Shown here one piece after another: positions 28,738 through 38,700 of a stretch of DNA of 64,000 nt. A model generated the notes under the pieces. It was not told the origin of the DNA, did not search any database, and was given only the letters and a program-made list of their open reading frames with translations. The position numbers and the translations under genes were made by a program. How positions within the stretch are numbered: position 1 is the first letter of the stretch; every line of letters begins with the position of its first letter. Source of the DNA: a virus (taxonomy: Duplodnaviria > Caudoviricetes); IMG/VR virus record IMGVR_UViG_3300010167_000010, positions 160,001-224,000 of that record; one strand, given 5' to 3'.

Positions 28738-29949
28738 CTAATTTAGTCTCTTCATTAAATAATCTATTTTATTTTTTAACCAATTATTATTCCATTCAGG
28801 TGTATTTACTTCATAAATATTTTTATCCATATCTTCATAAAAATAATTATTATCATCACATATTTTTCTTAATTCGGTGTCTTTAAATGGTAATACTTGA
28901 TCTATATAAATATTATCGTAATCCCACTCTTGTCTAAGATTTTCATAAGAATCTATTTCTTCTTTTGTTTCTCCAGGATAACCAATTAAAATTTTTATTA
29001 CTACAGTAAATTTATATTGTTTTAATAAACTTATAACTTTTTTAATTTTTTTAAAATCGCCTCTTTTATGAACTATTTCTTTATAAACTCGCTCACAACC
29101 AGCATCTGGGTTTAAATTTATTGAACTATCTACATAAATCTTTTTTAGTAACATTATTTGTTCTTCAAATAAAGAATTCCATTGTAAATTTTGAATCATT
29201 ATTTTATACTTTTTTTCTACCATATATTCTAAAATTGGTTTATAAAAACTCCAATCAGTAAATGGATCATCATCGACTAAATAAAAATATTTAGAAAAAG
29301 AATTAGCATAAAAATCTAATTCCTTTTTAATTGTATCTAAAGTTTTAGTTTTAGTTTTAGTATGAATTTGTGAAACAGTACAAAAAGTACAACAACCATT
29401 ACAACCTTCTTGCAACAATAAAGTAGTCATCATAACTTTTTGTTTATATAAATAAAAATTTAAATAAGGAATATCATTTAATTCTTCTTCACTTAATTCT
29501 GAGAATATGATTTCTTTATTTATAGTTTTTGGAGTTTTCCAACTTTGATGATTTTCCATAAATTTAATTGCTTCTTCTTTATTTATTTTTAATGATTTAA
29601 GTAATTCTAAAAAAGGTTTTTCTCCTGGACCATAACAAATACCATTTATAACATTATTTTTTAATAATTTTTCATCAAAAAATTTCATCATCGGCCCACC
29701 ACCAACTAAGAGTTTACAATAATTTTTTAAATAAAGACATAAATTTTTAAATTCATTATAATCAAAAAAACAATTAGATAATGCAATTAAATCATATTGT
29801 TCATAAATTTTTGGTAATTCTATATCTATAATTTCTATATCCCAACTCATATCAATTTTATTTCTACAATATGCTTCTAAATATAATGGTGCTAATTGAT
29901 AAAATTCTAATTTTTCGTTATCTTTAAATACTAAAAATAATATTTTCAT
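28738..29949 (-). CDS. cobalamin-binding (class B-like) radical SAM protein
   Basis: N-terminal B12-binding-like LVGGGP...GPGE, GCNGCCTFC, DDDPF, IGYPGET; ATGA-coupled start 29949. Confidence 0.85.
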   Translation of the reverse strand: MKILFLVFKDNEKLEFYQLAPLYLEAYCRNKIDMSWDIEIIDIELPKIYEQYDLIALSNCFFDYNEFKNLCLYLKNYCKLLVGGGPMMKFFDEKLLKNNVINGICYGPGEKPFLELLKSLKINKEEAIKFMENHQSWKTPKTINKEIIFSELSEEELNDIPYLNFYLYKQKVMMTTLLLQEGCNGCCTFCTVSQIHTKTKTKTLDTIKKELDFYANSFSKYFYLVDDDPFTDWSFYKPILEYMVEKKYKIMIQNLQWNSLFEEQIMLLKKIYVDSSINLNPDAGCERVYKEIVHKRGDFKKIKKVISLLKQYKFTVVIKILIGYPGETKEEIDSYENLRQEWDYDNIYIDQVLPFKDTELRKICDDNNYFYEDMDKNIYEVNTPEWNNNWLKNKIDYLMKRLN

Positions 29950-30857
29950 GGGTATTCCTTTAAACAAGTATAAGCATTATTGTTTTTACAAAAATCATAA
30001 AAACTATTATAATGACCAGGTGGAGTTTTAATTAAATTAGTTTTTCTTCTTTTTAAAATATCTTCGACTGGGTCATCACCAAATTGAGTTATATGACCTA
30101 ATATATCTTTTTCAGAATCTCCAGAGCCGCAATCTGCAGATAAAATTCCATTAGGGTGTACAGCAATAGAAAAATCGCAACCAATAATATGGCGAGGCCA
30201 AATCATATATGGTATGTCGTTTTCTAAATTTTTACCCCGTCCTCCAGCTATAAGCGGTAATTGAAATTTAAAAAAATTTCTATTTAATTTAGATTCTAAT
30301 TCTGGAAAATCATTTGGATCATAAGGCGGCCAACCATCATTTTTTATAAACTTAGTATATACATCAATTTTAGAACTATCAATTATTGCAGTAGAAAAAG
30401 TTTTAATAGGTGTATCTAAAAATTCTTCCATAAGTTGATTTACTATATCAAAACTAGGTATTTGTTCTAATAAATATTTATTTAATGATACGCATAAAAA
30501 ATCTGGTTTTATTTCTTCTTTTACTAATTTAATTAAATCTTTATTTTTTGATAGTAATAATCCATTAGTAAATATACAAAAAGGTTTATTATATTTTCTA
30601 CATCGGTGACTATAATTTAACATTCTTTCTGGATATAAAGTTGGTTCACCACCTTGAAAATGTACATATTTTATATGTTTAGATTTTAAACATAAATCTA
30701 ATAATTCTGGATCTAAATCTTCTTTTTCTTCTATATAATTTTCAGTGGGTACATAACAATGTCTACATTTTAAATTACATTTATTAGTAATTCTAATTTT
30801 TAAATGCCAAAACATACTTTTAAAAGCATTAGTAAAATCTTCATTTTGTGCTAACAT
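29946..30857 (-). CDS. radical SAM protein (EpeE/YydG-like, type A)
   Basis: CNLKCRHC, GGEP, TNG, GRGK, C...HPNG..ADC. Confidence 0.85.
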   Translation of the reverse strand: MLAQNEDFTNAFKSMFWHLKIRITNKCNLKCRHCYVPTENYIEEKEDLDPELLDLCLKSKHIKYVHFQGGEPTLYPERMLNYSHRCRKYNKPFCIFTNGLLLSKNKDLIKLVKEEIKPDFLCVSLNKYLLEQIPSFDIVNQLMEEFLDTPIKTFSTAIIDSSKIDVYTKFIKNDGWPPYDPNDFPELESKLNRNFFKFQLPLIAGGRGKNLENDIPYMIWPRHIIGCDFSIAVHPNGILSADCGSGDSEKDILGHITQFGDDPVEDILKRRKTNLIKTPPGHYNSFYDFCKNNNAYTCLKEYP

Positions 30858-30879
30858 ATTATTTAGTCTACTAAATATT
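30858..30879. promoter_or_regulatory. back-to-back late promoters driving both arms of the radical SAM array
   Basis: CAT-ATTATTTAGT-CT-ACTAAATATT-ATG. Confidence 0.75.
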
Positions 30880-31866
30880 ATGCGAGCGAGACCGGCTGAT
30901 TTTGTTTCTACTTTTGCAAAAACCCTTTATTATAATAAAAATATTATTATAGCTATGACAGATGAATGTAATTTTGCTTGTAAACATTGTCAACAAGGCC
31001 AAGGATATGATTGTGTTATTTCTAAAGGAATTATGTCTTATGAAATGATAGATTTAATTTTAGATAATATATATGATAAAGATTTTTTTATCTGTATTTG
31101 TGGTGGTGAAGCCTTATTATATCCAGAAATAGTAGAATATATAATTACTAGATCTCATCAAATTGGGACGCCAATTATTTTAGGTACAAATGGCTTTTGG
31201 TATAATAATAAAGAAATTATAGATATGATAAAAAGAGTTAAACCAACTTTTATTAGATTATCAGTAGATAAATATCATCAAGACTATGTTTCTTTAGATA
31301 ATTTACAAGAACTTATAGATAATTTAGAAGATTCAGAAGTTAAAATTTTCGGTGGTTCTATTTATAATCATGAATGTCATCCAGGGGATGAAGAAAAATT
31401 TGATAGTTTAAAATTGTTACAAGAAGTTACTCCCTGTGTTTATAAAGGAAATGGAGAAGATTTTTTATATGAAAATAGAGAAATTCTTAAATCTAATCAA
31501 TACGTATTTTGTAGGGCAAGTGGGATAGTTATTATACCAAATGGTGATATTTACATGGAATGTGAAATGGAAACTCACGGATGTTATTTAGGAAATATAA
31601 GAGAAGTAAAATTTATTGATCTAATTCCTAAATTAAAATGTGGACGGCCTTATTATTATATAAACCCAGGAGAACGTATAAATAATATTTATGAAATTTG
31701 TAAAAGAGATAAACATCATTTATTAGATGATAAGTGGCAGGGTAGTAAAATATCTTTTAATGTTATGGGAAACTCAGTATATGAAAAAGCTTTGCAGTCT
31801 AATATTTATAAATATACTTTAAAAGAAATAAGAGATTATTATGATCCTTTTTATGAGGAACATTAA
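30880..31866 (+). CDS. radical SAM protein (EpeE/YydG-like, type A)
   Basis: CNFACKHC, GGEA, TNGFW, LSVDKYHQ, C...PNGDIYMEC. Confidence 0.85.
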   Translation: MRARPADFVSTFAKTLYYNKNIIIAMTDECNFACKHCQQGQGYDCVISKGIMSYEMIDLILDNIYDKDFFICICGGEALLYPEIVEYIITRSHQIGTPIILGTNGFWYNNKEIIDMIKRVKPTFIRLSVDKYHQDYVSLDNLQELIDNLEDSEVKIFGGSIYNHECHPGDEEKFDSLKLLQEVTPCVYKGNGEDFLYENREILKSNQYVFCRASGIVIIPNGDIYMECEMETHGCYLGNIREVKFIDLIPKLKCGRPYYYINPGERINNIYEICKRDKHHLLDDKWQGSKISFNVMGNSVYEKALQSNIYKYTLKEIRDYYDPFYEEH

Positions 31867-32693
31867 TGTTTGGGACGTTTGAAGATATTGGAAATATATT
31901 TTGTCATAATAGTTTTGGAATATTTACAGCTTTTGGATTACAATATAATTTAGGTTGTAATGCAAAATGCGCTTGTTGTTATGATTTAGATGCGCCAACA
32001 CATAATTATTTGAATAATGAAGATTGTGAAAGATGGATAAAAGAATGCGGGGAAAGAAAAATTGGTGTATTTATTGCTACTGGTGAACCTTTTCTTTATT
32101 GGGATTGGTTAAAAGATTTTTTTATTCCATTATGTAATAAACATAACGTTATATATTTAATATCAACGAACGGTTATTGGGGATTTGATGAAAAAATTCT
32201 TCAAGAAATTATAGATTATAAAGTAACAAATATTACACTTTCTGTAGATTATTGGCATCAACAATTTATTCCATTATCTACAATATATAATATATTAAAA
32301 GTTTATAAAGATACTAAATGGCCAAAAATTTTTATTTCAGTAACTTGGGATAAAGAACATCCAAAAGAAGAAGTATATTTACCACCATTTGAAAGAAATT
32401 TAACTATCATAGATTTTATTAGAGTAGTAGATAGATGGGATAATGATAAAAATATTTTTACTCACGATTTTAATGGAAATATATATTTTCATAAAGATAA
32501 AGTTGGGACATCTATATATGATGTCAATTTTACATTAGATAAAGATAAAGCACAATTTGGAAAGGGCCCACAAGAATATTTTTACGATTTTTATAAACGT
32601 AATGATATAAAGAGGAAGTTAATTTATTATAACCAAAACAAATGTTTTGTAGATAGGAGTATAATAGAAAAATGCATAGCACAGGTGATTTAA
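31866..32693 (+). CDS. radical SAM protein (short type B)
   Basis: CNAKCACC, GEPF, STNGYWG, SVDYWHQ. Confidence 0.85.
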   Translation: MFGTFEDIGNIFCHNSFGIFTAFGLQYNLGCNAKCACCYDLDAPTHNYLNNEDCERWIKECGERKIGVFIATGEPFLYWDWLKDFFIPLCNKHNVIYLISTNGYWGFDEKILQEIIDYKVTNITLSVDYWHQQFIPLSTIYNILKVYKDTKWPKIFISVTWDKEHPKEEVYLPPFERNLTIIDFIRVVDRWDNDKNIFTHDFNGNIYFHKDKVGTSIYDVNFTLDKDKAQFGKGPQEYFYDFYKRNDIKRKLIYYNQNKCFVDRSIIEKCIAQVI

Positions 32694-33433
32694 TTAAAGA
32701 TTTGTATAATAAATATTTTAGTACAAATAAAATGGTGGTATTCAAAGTTACTAATAAATGTAATATTGAATGTGAACATTGTAGAGAAAACTCTGGCCCG
32801 GATAGAAATGATTTACTTTCATCAGATCATATTAAAAAGGTTTTTGATCAAATTGATGATTCTTGGATAATAACTTTACAAGGTGGAGAACCTTCGCTTT
32901 ATTTAGATAAGTGTAAGGAGATTATAGATATAGCTAAATCTAAAAATATTCAGACAGTTTTTTATTCTAATGGTTGGTGGGCAAACAATGAAGACATGTG
33001 TAATAAAATATTTAATCTAGATACAGATATAATAGTCATATCTATAAATAAATGGACTTCAAAAATTATTCCAATAGAAAATGCCAATACTATTGCTGAT
33101 AAAATAAAAGACTTAAAACAAACCCTTATTTATAGTGAATGTTATGAATTTAATCCAGTGTCTAAACAATACTTAAATAATGATAGTTTTGTTATTGAAT
33201 ATGAAATAGATTATAGCGGGAGAGCTAAAATGTTTACTGGTACAAGACTAGTAAGATCTCTTTGCAAAAGATCTGGTTTTACTTTAGAAACAGATGGAGA
33301 AGTTTATGGTAATTGTTGTTTTTCTAGTAATGGTTGTCATTTTGGTCATATTGATAACATAAATATAAACAATTTTTTAGAAAGAAGAAACTTAGGTGGA
33401 TCAATTAAATGTTTGGGACAAGAGAAGAATTAA
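32672..33433 (+). CDS. radical SAM protein (EpeE/YydG-like, type A)
   Basis: CNIECEHC, GGEP, SNGWWA, SGRAK, C...DGEVYGNCC. Confidence 0.85.
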   Translation: MHSTGDLIKDLYNKYFSTNKMVVFKVTNKCNIECEHCRENSGPDRNDLLSSDHIKKVFDQIDDSWIITLQGGEPSLYLDKCKEIIDIAKSKNIQTVFYSNGWWANNEDMCNKIFNLDTDIIVISINKWTSKIIPIENANTIADKIKDLKQTLIYSECYEFNPVSKQYLNNDSFVIEYEIDYSGRAKMFTGTRLVRSLCKRSGFTLETDGEVYGNCCFSSNGCHFGHIDNININNFLERRNLGGSIKCLGQEKN

Positions 33434-34056
33434 CTGATCTTTTTAATTTTAATACTTCAAATAATAAATTTTGTTGTATTCTTCAAATTTCTAATAAATG
33501 TAACATAAGATGTTCTTGTTGTTATAACGAATTTTTAAGAAATTTATCTAACGCTGATGAAATTTTAAGGCCGGAGGTTTTAGAAAAAATTATTAAAACT
33601 TGCGTTGAAAGAGATATTCCTATGTACACAGGTGTAGGTGAACCGTTTGCTTGGTGGGAATATACTAGAGATATTTTAATACCAATGTTAAATAAATATA
33701 ATTCTAAATATATAATTTCTACTAACGGTCTTTGGGGAAATGATAAACAAATTATTCAAGAGGCTTTAACTTCTAATATAAAAAATATGTTTATTTCACA
33801 TGATTGGTGGCATAATCAATCTGTTCCTGTTGAATATATCAATAATATTTTAGAGGCTTTTAAAGACTCTTCTACAAAAGTTTATATAGCTTCTATTTGG
33901 AATAAAGCTCATCCTAAAGGAGAATATACTTATAAATATCATGACCAAATAGAATTTATTTGGTATGATTATGGAAATCAAGTTAATGGTAATACTATTT
34001 TGTCTCATGATAGGGAGGGTAATGTTAAAGATTATAATTTAAGAGGATTAGTTTAA
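33409..34056 (+). CDS. radical SAM protein (short type B)
   Basis: CNIRCSCC, GEPF, STNGLWG, SHDWWHN; clear paralogue of 31866..32693. Confidence 0.85.
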   Translation: MFGTREELTDLFNFNTSNNKFCCILQISNKCNIRCSCCYNEFLRNLSNADEILRPEVLEKIIKTCVERDIPMYTGVGEPFAWWEYTRDILIPMLNKYNSKYIISTNGLWGNDKQIIQEALTSNIKNMFISHDWWHNQSVPVEYINNILEAFKDSSTKVYIASIWNKAHPKGEYTYKYHDQIEFIWYDYGNQVNGNTILSHDREGNVKDYNLRGLV

Positions 34057-34913
34057 TGGCTTTTTTAAGCAAAGAAGATTCTTTTAAAATTTATAATAAA
34101 TATGTTTTAGATAGAAGAAACATTTATATAGTTGTTTCATTAAAATGTAATTTAAGTTGCAAACATTGTAGTATGGAATCTAATTCAGATTTAACAATTA
34201 TGCCAGATAATTATATAGAAAAAATAATTAATCAAATAAATAATAAGTGGTCGGTTTGTCCTTTTGGTGGAGAACCTTTTTTATTTCCAGAAAAAATGGA
34301 AAAAATTGCAAATTTATGTTATGAAAAAAATATTTTTTTCCATTTAAATACTAACGCATTTTGGGCCTTTAATAATGATATCTTAAATCTTATTTCTAAA
34401 TTAAAACAAGTTTGTATTGGGTTATCTATTGATGAGTTTCATGAAATACCTATAGAAAATTATATACAAATTTTAGATTATTTTAAAAATAATAAAAATA
34501 TAACTTTTTGGTTAGAAACAGTAAAAAATCATGAAAATGAAGAACGTTTAGATGTTTTAAAAGAAAAAGGAATAGAATATGTTTATTTGGTAGAAAATAT
34601 AAATCCAGTTGGTTATGCAAAAAAGAATTTTAAATTTGAAAATAAAATAAGAAATATTAAAACTTGTAATAATAGAGGATTTGAAATACGACCAGATGGT
34701 CAAATTTACATTTTATGTAATTATCATAAAAATTGCAAAGTTGGCCATATTGACAACGATATTTTTGAAAATTTAAGAAATAAATATTTTCGTAGAATGC
34801 CCAAATTTTTAACATCTAAACAAATAGAATTATGTTGCTTACCTGATGAAATTCATAATAAAAAATGGGATGATCGTTTTTATATTGAAGTACTTTCTGA
34901 TTCAGTTACTTGA
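34056..34913 (+). CDS. radical SAM protein (EpeE/YydG-like, type A)
   Basis: CNLSCKHC, GGEPF, TNAFWA, SIDEFH, PVGYAK, C...PDGQIYILC. Confidence 0.85.
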   Translation: MAFLSKEDSFKIYNKYVLDRRNIYIVVSLKCNLSCKHCSMESNSDLTIMPDNYIEKIINQINNKWSVCPFGGEPFLFPEKMEKIANLCYEKNIFFHLNTNAFWAFNNDILNLISKLKQVCIGLSIDEFHEIPIENYIQILDYFKNNKNITFWLETVKNHENEERLDVLKEKGIEYVYLVENINPVGYAKKNFKFENKIRNIKTCNNRGFEIRPDGQIYILCNYHKNCKVGHIDNDIFENLRNKYFRRMPKFLTSKQIELCCLPDEIHNKKWDDRFYIEVLSDSVT

Positions 34914-35356
34914 ATTTGCTCTTTTACCTGTAATTTATGAAGTAAATTCATCAAAGTATTTAATCCAACTAAAACATCTGTACTTGCAGTAGTGTTTACT
35001 TCTCTTATGTTAGTTTGCATGTATTGTGGTGATAATTCGCGTTGTTTTTGAGCTAATTCATTTTGTTGTGCAGCTGTAAGTAATTGCATTGTTGGTGCAA
35101 CAAGTTTAGATATTAAATCATTTTTATTAGTTGCAGCTGAAGTTGTTAAAGCAATGAGTTCGGTATTCTTAAAATCTGGTAATCTTTTTCTTACTTCATT
35201 TTTAAGATCTTTTTGATAATCATCTTCATCAATAGCCATTTGAAACGTATTATTAAGAAAACTGGCAAGAGTACTTTCTATAAGTTTTACAGGTGTTGAT
35301 TTTTCTGCTATTGCATGTATTTGTTCTTCTGTTACAATTAGTTCATTATCTGCCAT
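34880..35356 (-). CDS. late hypothetical protein
   Basis: 158 aa; ACTAAATATTAT precedes ATG. Confidence 0.75.
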   Translation of the reverse strand: MADNELIVTEEQIHAIAEKSTPVKLIESTLASFLNNTFQMAIDEDDYQKDLKNEVRKRLPDFKNTELIALTTSAATNKNDLISKLVAPTMQLLTAAQQNELAQKQRELSPQYMQTNIREVNTTASTDVLVGLNTLMNLLHKLQVKEQIQVTESESTSI

Positions 35357-35380
35357 ATAATATTTAGTTAATCTAAATAT

Positions 35381-35677
35381 ATGATAGATATGGTCAAAAA
35401 AGAGTTCAATTTTATTGCAGATAAATTAGCATTAAATATGGATTGTTCTAAAGAAATCGATGAAACTTTACAAATTATAGTTCTCATGGCTTCCGATAAT
35501 ATAGTTGGACAATTAAATAATACAGAAACAGAAAACAAAATTAAAAATTTTATGACATATATTGTAGATATATTTAATAACACTTGTGGAAATTTTCTAG
35601 GTTCTAGATTAGAAGTTGGGATATCTAGAGACATTATGGGAAATATTAGTATATCGTTCCTTTCTATTAAGAAATAA
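35381..35677 (+). CDS. hypothetical protein
   Basis: 98 aa; variant TCTAAATAT before ATG. Confidence 0.6.
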   Translation: MIDMVKKEFNFIADKLALNMDCSKEIDETLQIIVLMASDNIVGQLNNTETENKIKNFMTYIVDIFNNTCGNFLGSRLEVGISRDIMGNISISFLSIKK

Positions 35678-35708
35678 TCCGACCTTTCATAACTTTAACT
35701 AATTATTT

Positions 35709-38700
35709 ATGGAACTATTTACTCCTAATTCAAAATACTATCAAAAGGTATTAGATTCTTATACTTCTTCAGATGAATTTATAGCTAACAAAAGAGTTCA
35801 TTTTAATAACGAAATTCCTCCTATAGATTTATATGATATGGTTCACTCTATGATGAGAAATGACCTTTGGAAGTGGTTTTTAGGCTCTTCGTATCTATCT
35901 TATGATATAAATTATAATGAAGCTACAAATGGTTCTGAAATTTTTGATAAAGAGGGAATGATTATGGAAGCCTCTATATCAAAACTTATGAATGGTATCA
36001 GATCTCAAGATTACGGACCAATACCTTATTACAGCCACACTAAAAATGGAACATCTCTTATAAATCCAGAATATCATAGATTAGAAATTAATGGTGTATT
36101 TTTACCTGAAGTAGATTTTATGCTTCATGAAGGATATAGATATCTTAATGTGTTATATCCAGATCATCCAGATTTTATAAATATTTTAACTACAAATGAA
36201 ATAAATGATGAAATAACTCAGGCAGCTGCATTAGTTCATTATAATCCAAATTGTATATTTTTTGATTGGCTAGCTACGGAATTAAATTTTGAATTAGATG
36301 ATTTAGATTTACCTCGTGCTGGTAGAGAAGAAGCAACTAAACTTAAAATTCGTAACTTAAAAAACAATGCTTTTAGAAGAAAACTTTATGGGGCAAAATC
36401 TGGTTATTGGCAATTTGGTAGTGAGATATTCCAACATATAACTATACATCCAGTAGCAGAATATCTTCCATTTAAACCTGTTATAAGAGAAATGTTTGCT
36501 AGATCTTTTCATGTACCTTCTAGACATATAAAATGGTTTAGTAAAATCTATAAAAAACCAGATGAATTTGTTGATAGATCTATAAATAAATTTAATTTAC
36601 TTTATAAAAAATTATTTAGACTTATAGATTGGAATAATGTTAGTTATGATTATTTAAACGAATATGTTCCACCGGAAAAAATATGGGGAACTGCATATCC
36701 AACACCTTATTCATTATATGATGTATACGAATATCCAGCTGAACGAAATGCTTATATGTCGCTATCTATTCAGAATGATTTTTATGTTGGTCAAAAAATT
36801 ACTATAAATGGAAACCCAGCCTTTATAAATGGAATGTGGTCTGAAGATTCTTATCGAGTTAAAGTTAGATTAGTTTATGAAAATGATGAACTTGTAGATC
36901 AACGTTCTTCTTGTATTCAACAAACTTTACATGAATCATTAACTAAAATTCATCTAGATAGTCCAGCATACCCAATTTATATTCCTTTTCAAGTTTATAG
37001 GGGAACTGAGTATACTTTAAATAAAATTTTAGAAATTAAAAATGAAATTAGACAAGAAAATAAAGTTATAAAAGAAAAAAATAAAGAGATAGATAATGAA
37101 GAAGAGCATTATCCATTATTAGAACGATTAGATTTAACTGATTATGAAAATGCTTTATTATCTACAAGTAACCCTTTAACTAGATCTATAAAAGAATTAT
37201 ATAAACTTCTTCCAGACCATACTATTTGTAATTTTGCTCTTAACCCATATCAAGATGGAAACTTATATTTACCTGCATCTCAATTTTTAACTTTATATCC
37301 AGAATGGTTAAATATAACTACAAATAGAGATGATATTCATAATCCATATTTAGTTTATGGTGCAACCCCAATGTCAGAAGATGGTTTTGTAAAGAAAGAA
37401 GATTTAATTATAAATGATTTAATTTATAATACTTATGTTTCTGAAATAGTTGGAATAGAACCTGGTCTTATAAAAATGAGAGTAGAGAAAGCTGAACGTC
37501 TTACTAAAACACAAACTGATATTATTGATGAGATAAATAATTTAGAAAATGCTAAATTTGGTATTATAATTCAATTTGATATTGGGAATGATTTAGTTAG
37601 AAATAAAAAAGTAGTTTTATTTGGAAAACCAAAATTTGATTATATTGCATTAGAAGGAAGAGATGATGGTTTATTTCAAATTACTTATATAACTTTTAAT
37701 ATTGTTGCTATCCCAAAAATTAAATCTCATAATTTATTAAAAGCACTTTATAGAGATTATGAAAACCAAGCTTTACATAAATTTAAAAACTTAGAAATAC
37801 TTTTTGGTGAAGAAGATGGTGAAGCAAGTGAAATATTTAAGAAAAATCATCGAAAATATAAAAACATAACTGATAATTTTGAAAATCTTAATTTTATAAG
37901 AGAAGATTATCAAACAAAGTTTAAAAATTTTAATGATAACATTTTAAGATTAAACAATAGATTTAAAAGCGAAATTTTTAGAAATGTAGAAGTAAGTGAT
38001 GGGCCGATTAGATCATTACAAACTAATTTACGTTCTTTATTAAGTAGTTTTATAAATGTTAGTAATGAATATATTACATCTAATATTGGTAATTTAGAAA
38101 ATGTTAGCTATTTTTGTGAAAGAATAAGAGTCTTAATTCAAAACTTTACATTTAATGACGCTATAACAAATGATATGGCTTTATTATATGAAGATTTAGC
38201 AAAATTAGACATAGAAATAAAAAATTTAGAAAAAGAAAATGAAACTTTAGGTGATTTAAATCAGATTATAGCTAATGCTTATGAAAATAGAAAAATAATT
38301 GAACAAATTATAGAAAAAAGAGAAATTATAATCTTATTTTTACAAGAAAAAATAAAATTAGATAACAATTTTGTATCATTTATTTCTGTTATAGATAGTT
38401 TAAATTATAATGACAATATATTTAATTTTATAGAAGAATGTAAAAAACAAGTTACTATTATAGAAACTTTTATAAATGAGTTCGAATCTAATTTCTTATT
38501 TGAACAACCACAACTTTTTAATTATTATAATGGTTTAATAACTCTTTTAAAAGACAAAATATCTTCATATGATAATCATATTATATATCTTAATGAAACT
38601 TTTAGTAATATAAAAGATTTAATTACCATAATTATAGATAATTATTATCTATCGGAAAATAAACAAAATCTCTTAAAACTTTATTTAGAAAAATTTGTTA

